Shown one piece after another: positions 19,501-31,444 of a stretch of 64,000 nucleotides of DNA (positions are counted from its first letter, which is position 1; the number at the start of each line of letters is the position of its first letter). Source of the stretch: Macrostomum lignano (lineage: Eukaryota); assembly GCA_002269645.1 (NCBI GenBank), contig NIVC01002002.1:150212-214211 (forward strand), read 5' to 3'. A model generated the notes under the pieces. It saw only the letters and a program-made list of their open reading frames with translations, had not been told where the DNA came from and did not search any database. A program made the translations under genes and the position numbers.

Positions 19501-19836
19501 ATGAACGCGCCCCAGCCCTGGGAGTCATTCCTACTAGAAGAAGGCCAGAAGAAAGTCGTGATGCAGCGCGACACCAAAGTGCCCAACGCGGCCCTGTTCA
19601 TCATCAACAAGGAGGATCACACCCTGGGCAACCTGCTCACCACCCAGCTGCTCAAAGACCCCGGCGTAATTTTCGCCGGCTACAAGATGCCGCATCCGAT
19701 GGAATTCCGCGTCATGATCCGGGTGCAGACTGTGCCAGACTATCTGCCGCAGGACGCCTTCAATCACGCCATCTCGGATTTGATCTCCGAGATCTCCGGC
19801 CTGGAGGAGGGATTCAAGGCTGGCCTGTACTCATGA
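19501..19836 (+). CDS. POLR2J: DNA-directed RNA polymerase II subunit RPB11, intronless, 111 aa
   Basis: The motifs [26 protein letters not shown] and QLLKDP.V.FAGYK.PHP are diagnostic of RPB11. An acceptor-like ttctttccag lies 10 nt upstream of the ATG. Confidence 0.95.
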   Translation: MNAPQPWESFLLEEGQKKVVMQRDTKVPNAALFIINKEDHTLGNLLTTQLLKDPGVIFAGYKMPHPMEFRVMIRVQTVPDYLPQDAFNHAISDLISEISGLEEGFKAGLYS

Positions 19837-20885
19837 CAGGCTGTTTTGCCGATGCCTGATGCCTGCATTTTTTACCTTTTTGACAACTATGCAACTGTCT
19901 CTTGTTGTGCTTTACGAGCTAATGCTATTCAAAACTATTTTGCCTGTCTAAAATGCGTCTAAAACGTTTCCTAATTTGCTACTTTCAGTAGTATGTACTA
20001 GTACTCGTAGCTTAATATTATCTGAAATGTGAAAAATAAAATTTTGGGAAGTTGTTAAAATCCAAACCATTTTCCGGTTGTAAATTTTTGTAGAAAAAAT
20101 CCCAGCCGAAATTGACTGCTTCTTCTATTAAATAATTTCGACAATTTTGTGTACCGGGGGAATCTTCTGAAAAAAATGTTGTTGCAAGCAGCTCACATAT
20201 GCTCACGTCAGTCAATGAAATGCTGGTGGTCATGGCTGACTGTACAGTTTTGGATACAAGCGAGAGAGAAGTGTGCGGCCCCAGTGAGTGTTCCCGCATA
20301 GCCAGCCAGCTCTGCACTTGTAGATTCAGCTGGTCTAGCGGCCATCGATCGCACAGCTATTATACTCTAGGGGAAGGCACAATAGACTTCAGAGGCGAAT
20401 GTCCACTGGCTCTGCTACAAGTCTCTGAAGTAGTCGGAATCTGCACACTTAAACTGGAGTCGGCTTGAAACTGTTTTGCATTGCGAATAACCGGATTGCA
20501 ATCCTGCACTTTCGACTATAAATCTGATTTTTTGTGAGTATGATGGAAATGGTGCTTGATTTAATAATAGTACGAGCGTAGATTAATATAATAACCGACA
20601 GCTCAGCCGCAGCTATTGCGAGGCGCATCTGAAGGCTGCGTACGGCTGTTCAGTCCAAGGACTGGGGGGTCTCCACACACAGCCTCAATTACCCCAGCTA
20701 ATGCTGGCACCAATTTTACAGCTTTTACTGCAATGCAGATTTAAGTGTCTTGCTCAAGGACACAAATTGTTCCCGAGTTGGGTCGAGAATAAATCAATGA
20801 TTCAGCAGATATGGATGCCAGCCACTTTAAACTAATCAAAGTTAATAATTCCTCATTCTCCAGGTAGATGCCACATTGACTAATT

Positions 20886-21860
20886 ATGCTGCTTTCCTGG
20901 CTGCTGAACCGTTCGCTGGTGGTGGTGCTGCCGCTGATGCTGCTGCTTGACTCTTCAGCCGCCAAGGTCAGCCAAACTGGAGGCTGCTTGGTCGGCGCCG
21001 GCGCTCTCGACTTGAAAGCTGCCGACGTGTGCGATGGCCGGCGCAGCATCGTGTTCACCGTGGCCCGCCCGCTGGTCACCTTCGACGACTGGCTGCCGGC
21101 AACTGCCTGCAATTTGTCCATCCTCGTCCCGGCGCCTGCCGTCGTCGGGCTGTTCGGCCGGCTTCGCTACCTGGCCATCCGCCTGTTCCGCCCGTCGACG
21201 CATCAACTGGATGAGATCAGGCGGCGGCGCAATCTCTGCCTGGAGACGGCGTTCAGCATCCGATTGGCGCCCCCCGCGGAGGCGGAGGAGACCGCGTCGG
21301 AGGGCGACTCGACGCAGGAGCCGCCGGCGCCGCTGCGGCAACGTCGCGGCTGCCTGGCGCCGGGGGCTGCTGAAGGCGTGTGGCTGTTTGAAGAGCTGCC
21401 GCCGATCGCTGAGGACGCCAACGCCACGGCCCCCTCCGGGCTGCTGGTGCACCTCACCTGGCGTCTCGCTCACCAGCCGGGCGCCACAGTCGCCGACGAG
21501 AGTGCGACAAAGTCGGCGCCGCCGCCGCCGATTCGGCTGGCATTCAGCGTGGCGCCGTTTTTCAACTGCACCGGGGCGCCGGACGGAGACAGCTTCGTGC
21601 ACTGCCAGGACACCGCGGGCACCGGCGGCAGCCTCTGCGTGCCGAAGCGGCTGGCCTGCTGCAGCCCGGTGGTGAACTACCTGGAGTGCCCGAAGCGGGC
21701 CCTGTTCCAGACCTCCGTGCTGGACTGCGCCTTCTACAATCACGACATCGGCTTCTACTTCTTCCTAGTGGTCGCCGGCACCGTCGTTGTGGCCGTCATT
21801 ATGACCTTCTTGATTGTCAGGCCCATTGTGGCTTCGGTTCGGAATCGGAAGTCTGCCTGA
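20886..21860 (+). CDS. Orphan type I membrane protein, 324 aa (signal peptide, possible CUB-like region, Cys-rich LDLa-like module, TM helix, short basic tail)
   Basis: Hydrophobic N-terminus ending near SSAA. Cys cluster FNCTG..VHCQD..LCVPKRLACC..LECP. TM segment IGFYFFLVVAGTVVVAVIMTFLIV followed by RPIVASVRNRKSA. GC-rich ORF. The domain names are by-eye inference. Confidence 0.7.
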   Translation: MLLSWLLNRSLVVVLPLMLLLDSSAAKVSQTGGCLVGAGALDLKAADVCDGRRSIVFTVARPLVTFDDWLPATACNLSILVPAPAVVGLFGRLRYLAIRLFRPSTHQLDEIRRRRNLCLETAFSIRLAPPAEAEETASEGDSTQEPPAPLRQRRGCLAPGAAEGVWLFEELPPIAEDANATAPSGLLVHLTWRLAHQPGATVADESATKSAPPPPIRLAFSVAPFFNCTGAPDGDSFVHCQDTAGTGGSLCVPKRLACCSPVVNYLECPKRALFQTSVLDCAFYNHDIGFYFFLVVAGTVVVAVIMTFLIVRPIVASVRNRKSA

Positions 21861-22964
21861 TGCCGCCTATGGTTTCTCGTGACAGTTGAATTCGCAGCAC
21901 CTGCAGAGCATTTGGCCAGGACCGCGGATGTTAGGAGGACTTTAGCGGGGCAGAGCAGCTCAGGCGGATAACGCATGCGGCTCAAAGTACCCTGGTTCGA
22001 TTCAGTGCGCAGCGCTGCGACATTCATTTGTGGTCTGTGCGCGAAAATGTGTCCTAGTTGGGGTTGTCGGGCGATTCACACTCATGAGGACCAACCCCCA
22101 GGGCACACAGAGTGTACATGCTTGATGAATAGAAAGTCAGGGCCGCCTGTACACCCTGTGTGAGCGTGTATGAGTGCTGTGCCTGCGTACAGTATCCGTG
22201 CGTTGTGCTAGGAATGCCCGCAGCCCTCCCCAGGAATATTTATTTACATAATAGGACGGACGGAAAGGCAGGTTGACATTACCGCTAGTAGCTCTGTGAG
22301 TAAAATATTGCCCAAATCAGTTTTTAATTTGTTTTACACCGATTTCAGAGCTGGCAATCTCGCTCTCAACACGGATTTGTTAAATAGGATTATTTCAGTG
22401 ACTACTCATTAGTATTTAGTAGTCCCTGGATTATTTTTTGCAGAATGCAGTGCATTGGATGGGGCTTTACCAGATACTTTCTCAGGTATGCACTCACACA
22501 GGGTGTGTATGAGAACTACTAAAGTAGAAGGGGGGAACTTTATATCTTGGAAAAAATTTAGGAGGCAGTTTTTACCGAAAAAAACATTACGGAGAATAGA
22601 GGGCTTCATTTTTTCGGCACAAAAAGCTCTACGAATATCTATAGAGCATAGAAAAGGCAAGTCATATCAAAAGATGAACATTGGGTCTGCCTCCTATCAA
22701 AAGCAATAACAATTTTTGTGCTGAAAAATGTAAACCCGTCTCCGTAGTGAATTTTTCGGTAAAACCTGCCTCCTATTTTTTTTCAAAGAATCATAGCTTC
22801 ATGTCCTACCTGAGTAGTCTTTGAGTGTATAACGGCCCCGACCTTCGTTTTGTCATAGCATGCACGTACTCTGTGCCTTGGGGGTCGGCCTTCATGGGTC
22901 CGAATCGCAGTTTTTCTTTCCTTTCTCCTTTCAGTCGTGCGTCCGACGCTCTCACTAGGCTCCA

Positions 22965-23315
22965 ACCCCATCGGCTCCGACCCCCCTCGGCTCCAACCCC
23001 CTCGGCTCCAACCCCCTCGGCTCCAACCCCCTCGGCTCCAACCCCCTCGGCTCCAACCCCCTCGGCTCCGACCCCCTCGGCTCCAACCCCCTCGGCTCCA
23101 ACCCCCTCGGCTCCAACCCCCTCGGCTCCAGCCCCATCGGCTCCAACCCCCCTCGGCTCCAACCCCCTCGGCTCCGACCCCCTCGGCTCCAACCCCCCTC
23201 GGCTCCAACCCCCCTCGGCAGTTTGGGTCTGCCTGTTGGAACCCTGTTGGAACCCTTTCGGCTCCAACCCCCTCGGCTCCAATCCCCTCGGCTCCAACCC
23301 CCCGGCTCCAACTCC
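22965..23315. repeat. 15-bp tandem repeat (ggctccaaccccctc)n
   Basis: Direct inspection. Source of the APTPS/LQPPR shadow ORFs. Confidence 0.92.
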
Positions 23316-23629
23316 CTCAGTCTATAGACCATACAATCTATATATTACAAAAATACATGTATATATTTTGTTGTCGCAATTAAGTTATTATAAATAAATA
23401 CATGTGGCAAAGTAAGCCTCTATTGAGTTAATTGCTATTTTCAACAGTCTTATTGGAATAGCGGTGAATTTTGGTAAAATATGGCAACATAAATACCCTT
23501 TGTTTGTCTATGTTTAAGCGTGCCACTTTTGGGTGACGTTTACTGTAGTTAATACAGTATACAGTAATACAGTACATGGCAGCGCCCCGTTTGCGCTCTA
23601 CCCCTTGCTTTGTTCACTTCGCGCCTCTT

Positions 23630-23830
23630 GTATACTTTCTCTCTCCCTCTTCCACTCTCTTCCTCTTCCACCTCCCTCCTTCTCCGTCTCTCTGCCCCGT
23701 GTGCACCCACCTCCCTCCCTCTCCGTCTCTGCCCCGTGCGCACCCACCTCCCCCCTCTCCGTCTCTCTGCCCGTGCGCACCCACCTCCCTCCCTCTCTGT
23801 CTCTCTGCCCTTTGCGCACTCACCCCCGTG
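23630..23830. repeat. Imperfect ~40-bp C-rich tandem repeat
   Basis: Recurring cccgtgcgcacccacctccctccctctccgtctctctgc. Confidence 0.75.
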
Positions 23831-24350
23831 GTCTGGTTTTAAAACCTCGCGTTGACTTGGCTCGCCTTGTCTGTTTGCGCAGTGCAGTAGTGCAATTGGT
23901 CGCTTTTTATTTGCTTGCGCACTTCACTCCACCATGTCGGTACTGCGTCTGCTTTCTTTCGTGCTCGGACCGTAAAATTTAATTCATAGAAATTCAAAAA
24001 TTACTCTTAACACATAAATAATGTTTATTTACATATTTGAACATTTCGCGGTCAATTTAATAGCCTTATGTATACTAGAAATGCTCGTGTTTATTTATAA
24101 AACTACGAGCGTAATTTTAGATGCTAAAATTAGCATATAGCATCAGTACAAACCGAGTGGCAGCCATTTTCTCCACTTGCAGTCTCTATGGGCCTAAACC
24201 AAATTTATAGCAATCATTGCTCTAATAAAAAGGCTGCAATGCCAAGAGTACCGAACGAATTTGAACTCGCATTAACCAGCAATATGGCGCTGTCGCATTG
24301 CTTCATTCGTGCCAATCCAGAGCAGGTGTGCAGCAGATGTCACTGCTGAC

Positions 24351-27300
24351 CACAGATACTAAATACCATAGATGGTTCACTCGAGTATATTTAGCAAAAC
24401 TACTCTCTGTTCGGTAGTATGATCGTAAAAAGCTATATTTATTTATTCAACTGCATGTAGCTGTGAATAATTAAGCTAAAACATTGATTATTGACGTTGT
24501 CTACACAATCGTAAGTCAAACTTTAATGCTACATTGCTACTGGTATACTCAGTAATTATTTTTATTTATTTAGCAAGCAAGCAACATTTTTGTGCATTGC
24601 AAGTGAGAAAAAAGAACAAAACGGGGTAATATTTATAATACAGTGAAATTAAAATTACCGTAGAATAAAAGGATGCGACTATAAAGTTCTTAAGTTATAC
24701 TAGTGTAACAAAGTTAGTGTAGTTTGCGAATTTTCCCCATAGTTTTCTTTTTTTGGGCCACTGCACGCAGGTTCTTCATTTCACGTCGGCACCAATGGTG
24801 CAGCCGTAGGTGAGCAAAATTTTTAAAAACCTGATTATGCACCCGCGTGTGATGCAGCTCGCAGGCAGGCAGTGCTACTAATTGTTCCCGGAGGTGGTTA
24901 ACAAACCGAGCTGCCACACGAGGCTGGATTATGAAGCTGGATGTCAGGGCTGCGAACTCGGCTTCCATCTTCATAAATGCAACAAGCGCCACCGGCGAGG
25001 GCGCAGTCAACCCGCGGAATGCATGCGAGTAGGTCTTGTGCTGGATGTGAACCCCTGCAGATTCGGATGCTGTAAGCAAAGAGTTGCACACCTGACAGTG
25101 AAGAACTCGGCTTCGCTTTAGCACATATCCGCCAACGTACTCAGCAGCTTCCAGCGAGACATTGCTTGCGCCCTGCCAGGAGTCCAGTTTTTTTGGAGCA
25201 GCTGCTGCTGTGGTGCCTGGCATACAACACTGCTTGAGTTCTGTGGACCCGCTTTGGTAGTCACACAGTCTCCGGCACCGGTGGGGGCGCAGGCTGCTAT
25301 GATGGCAGCCTCACAGTTGTCGTCTTCGCAGTTGCGAGACGTCGAGTCAGGCTGGGCCAGGCCGCTGGTAGCCACGGACCGCAGGGCACCGACGAAGGAG
25401 CTGAGCTCTGGTCTGTCGTTAAAACCGTTGTGCCCGCGGATGATGCAGAAAAGGTTCTGAAGAGGAGAATTGTACGATGCCCTTTGTTTCATCAATGCAA
25501 ATTCTTGTACATTGCTGAACCACAAATTAGGGTGAAGTAATCTTTAAATATTTAATTATGGAAATATAGTCTCGCTTTTAATAAATTTTGTGAACTTACC
25601 TCAACGTGATCTTGAGTAAATCGGCGAGTACACACGTAGTCAAAGTGGTGGTCCCGAATGAGAGTAGTGCACAGCTGCTTGGTAGCAGAAAGCGATAGGA
25701 GCCACCCTTCTTTGAATGGCATCGTAGGCTTAACAGCGCGCCCATTCAGTGGGAGAAAGCGCCAGCTCCGCACGAAGTCTTCCGCCTCTGTCAGACGGTC
25801 GATCTGCGCCGATAGAGTATCGCGATGAATCGGCTGCTGGAAGCCTTTGCCATAGAGATGCGCTGAGTTCAGCATGTCGAAAATGTCATTCAGACGCTTC
25901 GCAAATTCAGCTGTCTGCAACGCATCCTCAGATAACTCATTATGATGGACCAAAGTCCTGATACCACTTGCAACAGAATGGCTTAACACTTGTGCTGCGA
26001 GCGATACTTTCATCTTCTGACCCAGAGCTAAGCTGAAATGAGCGTCGGTGAGCTTGCTTGCTAATCGGAGAGATGGGCCGCTGTCGTTCTGATAAAACTG
26101 GATGAGATGCTGCCACTTAGCTAGCTTGCACTCGTTGAATTTGATGTCGTTCTTCATCAGGGCGTTTCTAGCATTTTTTAGGCAATGTGGGATGTCCACG
26201 ATGACGTAGACTGGCTCACCGGTTACAGGGTGACGTAAAAAAGGATTTGCAGTGTCAGCCCGTCTGGAAAGGTGAGCCCACTGGGTTGACTCTTGATCCG
26301 CAACCAGTGCAACGACCTTAATCCCGGCCTTGTGGCTAGCTGTCAGGCACTCATCAATAGCTATCCCGAATCCTTCTTGGCCAAGAGTTCGAAAAACAGG
26401 ATAATATGCGATTGGTTGTTTCCAGTCCTGAAAGACTCCTCGAAGCACAGCGACGATGGCCTCGTTTACAGGTCTGGGCAACTGCTCCTTGCTGTCATCA
26501 GCGGTTCGTGGATCGCAGCCCACCACCACGTCACGATGTTGCTGGTAGCGCAGGCTGGGTGTGAGACTCATTCCATCGAAGCAAAGGGTAGCAATCCGCT
26601 GCTGATTTGTCGATGATGCATCAAACTTGGACTGCAAGGATCGTATCGTCAAGTTGCAAATCCCAGGCAATACGAAATACTGTCGAATTCGCCGCCTAAT
26701 TGTCGAACTTGATGGTAGCGGAATTTTCCACTTATTGCGGACCAGTCGGTAAGCTGACGAGCCTTTGTGATGCAGCTGAATTGAGCACGCAATGTCTTTT
26801 TTGGTCCAGCGCATGCCGCGACTGCGAACATCACGCCTGATCTTCTGCTGCATCAGACGAGTAGCTATTGAGCTGCTGCTACCCGACTGGACTGCTTTTG
26901 CTTTTTCTATTCGCGCTTGCATCTGTCGGATGGTGGTTTTTTGGCGGCGAACTTTGCTGCGCAGCTGAGCGATGATGTTGTTCAGCATGACCTTGGTTGG
27001 TTGGGCTGTTGGCTGTTGGCATTGTCTGCTGCTCTTCGGCCTGTGGCGGCTCACCATCGGTGCTGTTGAATGGCTGCAGTTCAGGTGGATAGAGATTGTC
27101 AGCCTCTTCGTCACTGCGAAAAACCAAATGTGTCAGGTCATGTGCAATGAGGCGGGGTAGAGTCAGCTCCCTGTCTGGAACGGCATTCCATCGCAAACGT
27201 GTGGTATATTCATGTCGCAGAGAAGGACAGCTGTAATCATTGTCAGTAAAATGCACACTGCACACTCGCAATCCCATCTTGAGAATGGCTCCGATGTCCA

Positions 27301-27912
27301 AGTCGATTTCCAGCATTTGCCTCCATCGATTCGCAACTCCGTCGTCCGCTGGAAACCTGTGCATTCGCACAGCCACTCCCTCGTCCGTTAGAGATTGCGC
27401 TGTATGGGTGCAGGTGGCTGCACAGCAGCGCTTTGAGCTGAATTCCATGTCAGTGTGGTGATTGCAAGAAGCGTTGCTGGTGTTTTTGTCGTTCTTGCAC
27501 TGCTTGCTGGTAAAGTGCGAAGTAAAATCTTCTCTTTCTCCGTCCTGCCTTATTACTTTAAACTCCGTATCTCGTCCCACTTGACTGCTAGCTAGAAACG
27601 AAGTCAATCGATTTCTTCGACTGTCTATGGCCAAGACCAACGCCTTTTTGGGGTGGGTGCAGATTTTACTAGTGGTTTTTACGCCTGAGAATTCCGATCC
27701 ACTGCCAAGCTTGGCCATAGATAAAAGAATTGAAAGCGCCAAGGTTGTGCGCGTGTGACGCGGGCATCTAGACCATCATTCTCTCCAAATATTTTATGTC
27801 AAGACAAAAAATAGAGCAAATATGCGCTTATGCCACTGGACAGAGAGTAGCAAATCAAACTGACGCATAAAGATAATGCTGAGTGAACCATCTAGGGTAT
27901 TTATTATCTGTG
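24351..27912 (-). mobile_element. Full-length P-element superfamily DNA transposon (3562 bp)
   Basis: 32-bp TIRs CACAGATACTAAATACCATAGATGGTTCACTC and CACAGATAATAAATACCCTAGATGGTTCACTC (30/32 identical). Perfect 8-bp TSD CTGCTGAC at 24343-24350 and 27913-27920. Encloses a THAP transposase. Confidence 0.95.
24714..27448 (-). CDS. THAP9/P-element-type transposase (THAP zinc finger, coiled-coil linker, DDE core, C-terminal domain); one clear intron and two unresolved frame switches
   Basis: THAP motifs CCAATC..HRFP..W..RVCSVHF..RLRWNAVP. Catalytic motifs CFDGMSL, VADQES, DIPHCLKN, KMKVSLAAQVLS and TQDHVE|NLF. Intron 25599-25457 (GTAAGT..TCAG). Frame changes near 27000-27100 and 25180-25320. Confidence 0.88.
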
Positions 27913-27957
27913 CTGCTGACTGTGGCAGCCTCCGATGCCGCTTGCTGCGATACCGCG

Positions 27958-29930
27958 GCATGACGGCTTCGCGACTCCGGCAGAGGCGACTTCGCTACCA
28001 TCAACAGCATCGGCACTGGCGGCGAGGCGGCGACCTTCTTGGGGTTGTCAACTGTGGAGCGAAGCGGCTTCGGCTTGGAGCTGCGCGCGTCCGTTGCCTT
28101 CGCAGCAACGTGCGGCGAAAAATTTGCAGCCCGTCAGCGCCGCCGCCGCCGCCACAGCCGCCAGCCCACCGCGCGCCTCGGCTGCTGGTCCGTCGGGCGT
28201 CGCCAATCGACTGGTCGGAGCCTCCGCTGCCGCCGCTGCCGCCTCAGCGCAAGCCTGCGCTGGCATTTCCCGCAGTTGCTAAGTGGGAGATTTTCCTGGC
28301 TTCGCGCACCACTCGGACTCAGGATTGGTCTGACGGCCCGCGTTGCTATGGCAACGGTATCGATTTCTCTCCGCAAAATGTTCAAATTCATCAGAGAAGA
28401 CAGCCGTGCCGAAGCGCGCCGGTCATTGTGGCCGCTGATTGGGGCGCGGACCCTTGTGCCGAGACAGCCTGGACAAGGAGGCTGCGGCCGCTGCCGCCCA
28501 TGCCTGAGGCGCATTTGCCGCTCACCTGCCAGATCGTGAGCTATTTATGGGCTATCTATATAACTAGATAAATTTCCAGATTGTCTGATTGACCTCAAGC
28601 TTTCCATCGACCTCAGTTGGTAATCCGACTCATTCCCGAGCCGGCCCCACCTGATGAGCATCAGACAGATGCAATCCAACCATTTCCCCCATCTGAACCA
28701 GGTGCCAGAGCGGCCTCCCAGCCACTGCGGCAGCACAGACTGGGAGCTCGCCCTGTCTCCCAGCTTCGCTCCTATCGGCCCAGTCTCTCGCCAAGTCAAA
28801 GGCATCCGCAGCTGCGTGGGCGGCTGCGGCGACATTCGTCGAAGATGCCGACGGTTCAGAAAGCCCGGTCGGCAGAAGACAGCACCAGTGGCTGGGGTTG
28901 CGGAGCCGGAAGAAGAGCCTACGGCGCAAGTATGCCAGCAATTTAATCAAATTCTCACCTGCTATCAGCCCTTCAGCCACTTTGGTCAGCTGGTTCTGGT
29001 CACTGCATTGCGTCCTGACGACCTCGGTGAGTGCTGGGGCGTTCGTTTTACCGACTTTGCCACTACTAATGGCGTCAGTGTCTGCATCAGCTCTGATTTC
29101 GTTGGGCACTGGTCTTCACCCAGGTGGAGCTTTTGGACCTTCGACAGGTGGCACCAGGTGAATGTGGCCTCCCTGTTGCGAGTTTCTCCAGTTTTGCTGA
29201 TCAAGCCTCGACAGTGGGAAAACCTCAACTGCTGGACATCCTCAGCTAGTCTCTCAAACATCCTCCCCCGACGCCGTCGGCACCTTCAACAGATGGCACC
29301 AGGCGTCTGTCAAGTGTGGCGTCCTAGTCTACTTTAGTTTTGCATGTCGGCCGTGCGATCAGCGGCTCTCATTATGTCTCTTAGGACAACGACTTCTCTT
29401 GACCCCCAAGACTGCACCCGTATCCGTGTTGTGCTCAAAAATCTGATGGCAGCGGGTCAACCGTCGAACAGAAGCCTGGCCAGCACCTTCTGCCTCTCCG
29501 CCAGCTGGCTAAACTAACTCATGGGGTGATGAGTAGCAACGCCGCCCCCTACTCCCCTTTTCAGCAGATTCAAGCGCGCCGGTCCAATCTGGCAACTCTG
29601 GATCGACGCATGACTCCGCCGTGAGCGTCGGCGACAACGCAGACTCGCAACAATTTGATCCAGTTGCTGACGACGACTCCGGTGTCAACAACGGAGACTG
29701 CGCGGACTGCCGCAGCGAAGAGGGCTTCTTCACCGGGATGCCACCGAGCGATGCTGGCTGCCAGCTGGTGACATCTAACGGGGAGACAGCCGCTGCCGTT
29801 GTCGCTGCCGCCAGCTGGGAGTCGGTAGAGACGCTGAACTGCCGAGAGCTGACGCCGAGCTTCGATACACATCCGCGGCGTCGTCGCCGCTGTCGCCTAG
29901 GCCTAATACGGTTGATTGGGCGCCACTGCT
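27958..29930 (+). other. GC-rich, possibly coding region of unknown identity immediately right of the P element
   Basis: Overlapping ORFs (Pro-rich frame within 27876-28571, 28654-29337, 29621-29932) with a donor-like ATC|GTGAGC near 28535. I could not build a consistent gene model or recognise a domain. Confidence 0.3.
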
Positions 29931-30095
29931 GACCATCGGGGAAAACTTGATAGCTATGTCGCTTCCTGGGTGTTCTCCGCGAGCTTGAAAATGTTTCTAT
30001 CTGGTCGACCTGCTCTCTCTGATTGGGATCCTAGATTTTGAAGATTGGGAGAAAAGAATATGGTAAATAGGGGTAGATTCTTTCTAAAGTAAAAT

Positions 30096-30815
30096 ACCTC
30101 ACGCCCTGTCCCTCTCGACTCTCTTTTCTATTTTATTACACCCACTCTATTCCTTTCTTTATTTAAGCACCCACCTCACGCTCTGTCCCTCTCGTCTCTC
30201 TTCTCTATTTTATCACACCCACCCTATTCCTTTCTTTCTTTAAGCACCCACCTCATGCCCTGTCCCTCTCGTCTCTCTTCTCTATTTTATCACACCCACC
30301 CTATTCCTTTCTTTATTTAAGCACCCACCTCACGCCCTGTCCCTCTCGTCTCTCTTCTCTATTTTATCACACCCACCCTATTCCTTTCTTTATTTAAGCA
30401 CCCACCTCACGCTCTGTCCCTCTCGTCTCTCTTCTCTATTTTATCACACCCACCCTATTCCTTTCTTTCTTTAAGCACCCACCTCACGCCCTGTCCCTCT
30501 CGTCTCTCTTCTCTATTTTATCACACCCACCCTATTCCTTTCTTTCTTTAAGCACCCACCTCACGCCCTGTCCCTCTCGTCTCTCTTCTCTATTTTATCA
30601 CACCCACCCTATTCCTTTCTTTCTTTAAGCACCCACCTCACGCCCTGTCCCTCTCGTCTCTCTTCTCTATTTTATTACACCCACCCTATTCCTTTCTTTC
30701 TTTAAGCACCCACCTCACGCTCTGTCCCTCTCGTCTCTCTTCTCTATTTTATCACACCCACCCTATTCCTTTCTTTCTTTAAGCACCCACCTCACGCCCT
30801 GTCCCTCTCGTCTCC
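30096..30815. repeat. 77-bp pyrimidine-rich minisatellite (~9 copies)
   Basis: aagcacccacctcac recurs at 30165, 30242, 30319 and onward (period 77). Confidence 0.93.
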
Positions 30816-31444
30816 CCTTAACTATCACAGCCACACACTTTATCTTTCTCACCCACTTTCCGCAATTAAGTGTGATTTAAAAACAATTTCCCTGGTGCAT
30901 TGACTGCAGCCAATCAGAGCAGTTCCGACCCATGTCGTCTCCGGCGCTTTTTCCCCTGTGAGTCAACTGTGTGGGCATATTCAACCGTTAAATGTGTGAC
31001 AACGTAGCCTCGGCCTAATATTACCTCACTGGCTGGCCAACTGTGTACTACAGTAAATATTAAAAATCTGCTTAATTAGTAAAACATATTCGAACAAAAA
31101 TATAGTCATGCAGATTTATGCGTGCACTACATTAATCCATTTCCACTTTGTATTGCTGTATGAGCAAATATATAATCAAATAATGCATAAATATGGTTTG
31201 TTTTTACGCTGCAGTAAAATATATTTTACTCGTATTGATCATTTTTACTTAGAGAAACAATTCTCGATGATTAGACGTGCTGATAAGCGAGTTATAAATT
31301 ATCAAGTTTACCCACATAATAAGAGCGTGTATCTCAAATAGTAAAGTTAGGACACGGTGCGGACATAGTGGCTACAGTTCTCTATTAACTTCGTCGAAAG
31401 TCTATTCAAATAGTGGGGCCGTACGGCAGATTAGCGTGAAGTCT

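Noticed and set aside
20130-20470. Moderately GC-rich segment with a BTB-like SDYFRDL on the minus strand
   Set aside because: Interrupted by stops with no supporting splice structure; a chance match cannot be excluded.
22783-23397. Extensin- or collagen-like ORFs (APTPS, AEGVG, LEPRG)
   Set aside because: All frames of one 15-bp repeat; no unique coding flanks.
27449-27742. 98-codon upstream extension of the THAP ORF
   Set aside because: It starts from a non-ATG codon; the THAP domain begins immediately after the ATG at 27448, as is usual for these proteins.
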